Translations under genes and position numbers: made by a program | NCBI GenBank assembly: GCA_038063895.1 | Contig: JBBTUG010000006.1 | Location: 6,701 to 70,700 of the forward strand | Direction: 5' to 3' | Length of the DNA stretch: 64,000 nucleotides | Source of the DNA: Patescibacteria group bacterium | Lineage (GTDB): Bacteria; Patescibacteriota; WWE3; JAMCXX01; JBBTUG01 | Part shown: piece by piece, positions 61,108 to 64,000 of the stretch | Position numbering within the stretch: the first letter of the stretch is position 1 | Layout: each line of letters starts with the position of its first letter | Notes under the pieces: generated by a model | Told to the model about the DNA's origin: nothing | The model's input: the letters and a program-made list of their open reading frames with translations, nothing else | Database searches by the model: none

Positions 61108-61911
61108 ATGACGGAGAACATCTTTGAGAAAATCAAGAATATTAATGAATACGGGCAGGAATTTTGGAGCGCCCGTGATTTGTATAAATTACTTGGTTAC
61201 ACCGAATACGGGAAGTTTCTTCCGGCTATAGAGCGGGCAAAGGAAGCCTGCAAAAACAGTGGGCAGGGTGTAGAGGTGCATTTCGCTCACCTGAGCGATA
61301 TGGTTCCCATTGGCTCCGGAGCCGAAAGGTCTGTTGAAAATTTCTCTCTTTCCCGCTATGCCTGTTACCTTATCGCCCAAAACGGTGATCCGCGGAAAGA
61401 AGAGATTGCCAGGGCGCAGACTTATTTTGCGATCCAAACTAGGCGCCAGGAGGTGCAGGAACTGCAAATTGAGGACAGCAAACGCGTATTTCTGCGGGAT
61501 GAGATGAAGGAACACAATAAGGAATTGGCCCAGGCGGCCAAATCCGCTGGTGTTATTAACCATGCCAATTTTCAGGACTTCGGATACATGGGACTTTACG
61601 GGGGTTTAAGGCAAAAAGACATTCATTCCAAGAAGAAACTTAATAAAACTGATGCAATTTTAGACCATATGGGAAGTGAAGAACTCGCGGCTAATCTATT
61701 CCGGGCCACGCAAGCCGCGGCTAAACTTAAGCGGGAAAATATTTTCGGCCAGAGAAATGCCAGCCTGGCCCACTTTAATGTTGGGAAGAAGGTCCGTCAG
61801 ACAATTAGAGAATTGGGCGGCACGATGCCGGAGCATTTACCAACCCCGGAAAACGTAAAAGAATCTAGAAAGCGCCTTAAAAAATCCCCAGGAAAGTTAT
61901 TGTCAACTTAG
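61108..61911 (+). CDS. DinD-like DNA-damage-inducible protein (BRO-N/KilA-N-type N-terminal domain)
   Basis: 'YGQEFWSARDLYKLLGYTEY...SRYACYLIAQNGDPRKEEIARAQTYFAIQTRRQE' matches the DinD family. A strong RBS 'aacggaggt' precedes the ATG at 61108. Confidence 0.5.
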   Translation: MTENIFEKIKNINEYGQEFWSARDLYKLLGYTEYGKFLPAIERAKEACKNSGQGVEVHFAHLSDMVPIGSGAERSVENFSLSRYACYLIAQNGDPRKEEIARAQTYFAIQTRRQEVQELQIEDSKRVFLRDEMKEHNKELAQAAKSAGVINHANFQDFGYMGLYGGLRQKDIHSKKKLNKTDAILDHMGSEELAANLFRATQAAAKLKRENIFGQRNASLAHFNVGKKVRQTIRELGGTMPEHLPTPENVKESRKRLKKSPGKLLST

Positions 61912-62116
61912 TTAATCTCCCAGCCAATTACCCTAGCAAAGAAACAACCTGCCTCGCTGGTCATCGACTCTGAGGCTCAGACTCGAAGAGCAGGCGGGTG
62001 AAGCAATTCTGCAACCCAACTCGAAATATGAGGGGGAAAGGGGTAGAATTATAATAGGCTTAGGAATTCAAAATCATTTTCAAATGAGGTTGGTATTGTT
62101 AGCATGGTCAACTATA

Positions 62117-64000
62117 TGAATACAATATTTGAACAACTTACAGATTTATTAAAAAAAGACGAGCGCCTTGTTTCGCAAGACGACGTATTGTTGAAAAATC
62201 AAACACAGGAATTGGCGCGCAAGAATGATCCGGCGCTCTTAAAACTTTTACTTTCCGACAAAACGATAAAACAGCACTTCCTTTTTGAGGTAGAAAAAAC
62301 GCTGATTTTTGATAAAGAAAAGTTTGTCCGCTTTATCTCCAACAAACAATTTTTGCCGGATTCTTATACTGCTTTCAAAAACAAAATTGGTTTAACTGCT
62401 GGTGATGAGTATGTGAGCGAAAACAAAGAAGTGGTTTTGGTATGGCCTTACAAAGACTGTGTTTTGGAAGGCGGAATGACAAAAGAAGATCAAAAAAGAG
62501 ATGAGATTTTTTATAACGAAACATTAGCGCCGGACGACATCAATCGCTTGCTTGACGCCAAAGTTTTTACCAATTTTAAGCGGTTAGACAAAAAAGGCGA
62601 ACACAAGCTGGACGGTTTCAAGCGCGATGAAAAAGGCACGATTAAAGATAATTTGATTATTAAAGGCAATAACCTACTCGCGCTCGCTTCGCTCAAAAAA
62701 GAATTCGCCGGAAAAGTTAAACTGATTTATATTGATCCGCCGTATTATTTTTCTGAAAAGAAAGATGGAGATACCTTTGCGTATAATTCAAATTTCATAC
62801 TTTCTACCTGGCTAGTTTTTATGAAAAATCGGTTAGAAATTGCCAAAAAACTTCTAGACAAGGAAGGTTCAATATTCGTGCAGATCTCTGATGATGGGGC
62901 TTCTTATTTAAAATTACTAATGGATCAGGTTTTTGGCGTAGAAAATTTTGTAAATGTTATTAGTGTCAGAATGAAAAATATTGCTGGCGCGAGTGGTGGT
63001 GGTGAAGATAAAAAATTAAAGAAAAACATTGAGTTTATATATATTTATTCTTGCAATGAATCTTATTTCAAACCTTTTAATAATATTTACGATTACAAAG
63101 AATTATATGAAGTGGTACAAGAATACAAAGAAAATGAAGTGAGTTGGAAGTACACCTCTGTTTTGTATGACGAGGGTTCAAAGAAATATATAGCACTAGC
63201 AAAAGATGGCGATGGGAATGATATTAAGATATATAAAAGAGTAAATCCTATTTTTAAATCAGTAAATCAAATATCAAAAGAAGAGAAAATATCAGAAAAG
63301 GATGCATATTATAAGTATTCGGATAAAATATATACAACAGCAATGCCGCAGAGTTCTATTAGATTAAGAGTCATGGATGTTCTAGGAGAAAGGGTTAATG
63401 ATGCTGATTTATTTTCAATTGAATATGTCCCGAGGAGTGGAAGAAATAAAGGTAGACCTTACGAACAATTTTATAAAGGTGAAAAACTCAGACTTTTTTC
63501 TTGGCTACGAGATGTTTCTGTGAAAAAAGATGGATTAATTCTTAAAAAAGAATTACAGGGTACATATTGGGACGGATTTAATTTAAACAATCTATCAAAA
63601 GAAGGGAGAGTCCAATTAGAGAATGGGAAAAAACCAGAAGCTTTGCTCCGGAGAATAATTGATATGGCGACAGAAGAAGGCGAAACTGTTTTGGATTACC
63701 ATATTGGTTCGGGGACAACTTGTGCTGTGGCGCACAAAATGGGAAGAAAATACATTGGAATGGAGCAAATTGACGATCAAATGAATAAATCCATAGAAAG
63801 ACTTCATAATGTAATAAACGGAGATGATAGTGGTATATCAAAATCAGTGGATTGGAAGGGAGGAGGAGATTTTGTATATATGGAACTTGCCAAGTGGAAT
63901 GAAGAGTGGATTGAAAAAATTGAAAAAGCTAAGACCGGAAAAGAACTTGCCAAACTTTGGGATGAGATGAAAGAAACCGCCTTTTTAAGCTACAAAGTAG
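62117..64000 (+). CDS. Beta-class DNA N6-adenine/N4-cytosine methyltransferase (Type III Mod-like), 3' truncated by the window end; AT-rich (horizontally acquired)
   Basis: Motif IV 'KLIYIDPPY' lies upstream of motif I 'VLDYHIGSGTTCAVAHKMGRKYIGME'. The frame is still open at 64000. GC content is markedly lower than in the rest of the window. Confidence 0.65.

Noticed and set aside
61912-62116. Partial inverted repeats ('cctgcctcgct..agcaggcgggtg', 'gactctgag/ctcagactc') upstream of the methyltransferase gene as an att site or island boundary.
   Set aside because: The repeats are imperfect, and no matching partner sequence was found elsewhere in the window.

Overview
This 64-kb window is mostly core chromosome from a small-genome bacterium. 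Gene content and architecture resemble Candidate Phyla Radiation / Patescibacteria-type genomes (inference). From 5' to 3' it contains:
(i) a cell-envelope polysaccharide locus at 1-10.8 kb: a DUF2079-like membrane protein, two GT4 and one GT2 glycosyltransferases, a fused O-antigen-ligase/GT39-like membrane protein, a UGM-like FAD oxidoreductase, a PglC-like priming phosphoglycosyl transferase and a DUF4012 protein.
(ii) recO, a PaaX-like gene, and a glycine T-box leader upstream of a small membrane peptide and glyS.
(iii) a long but rearranged dcw / peptidoglycan cluster at 14-45 kb: mraZ, rsmH, ftsL, ftsI, murA, an antisense ECF sigma factor plus a degenerate Mur-ligase-like gene, murC, murB, a class IV aminotransferase, murD, murE, glmS, yvcK/glmR, two tandem ddl genes, murF with an alpha/beta hydrolase on the opposite strand, then mraY, ftsW, murG, ftsQ, ftsA and ftsZ.
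(iv) ileS, a second SEDS gene (rodA), rplU and rpmA, a RecB/Cas4-like nuclease, lepB and tRNA-Val(CAC).
(v) a second polysaccharide locus: wzx, GT2, GT4 and wzy.
(vi) a 3' accessory island: a GIY-YIG gene flanked by compound inverted repeats, AbiEi/AbiEii, Phd/RelE, a DinD-like protein and an AT-rich, 3'-truncated beta-class (Type III-like) DNA methyltransferase.
The most unusual feature is a family of exactly 36-bp palindromic elements (13-bp arms, 10-nt loop) with at least six full copies. Four sit in-frame inside coding sequences (murE, ddl, murF and a GT2 gene); the intergenic copies lie in a 5' UTR and a terminator position. This resembles Rickettsia palindromic elements (RPEs) at miniature scale.
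A second stand-out is a GC-rich module at 31.9-32.8 kb that separates ddl from the rest of the cluster. It has a perfect consensus sigma70 promoter, about 500 nt of apparently non-coding structured RNA, a 113-aa ORF and an intrinsic terminator.
Other points are:
- a Tyr-to-Phe substitution at the Lys215/Tyr216-equivalent position in the second Ddl paralog, suggesting possible D-Ala-D-Lac specificity;
- a P-loop-dead Mur-ligase-like pseudoenzyme co-oriented with the ECF sigma factor;
- 'ATGAAAC' tandem mini-ORF leaders upstream of two polysaccharide genes;
- a 20-nt exact match between the murE coding sequence and the terminus of the GIY-YIG unit.
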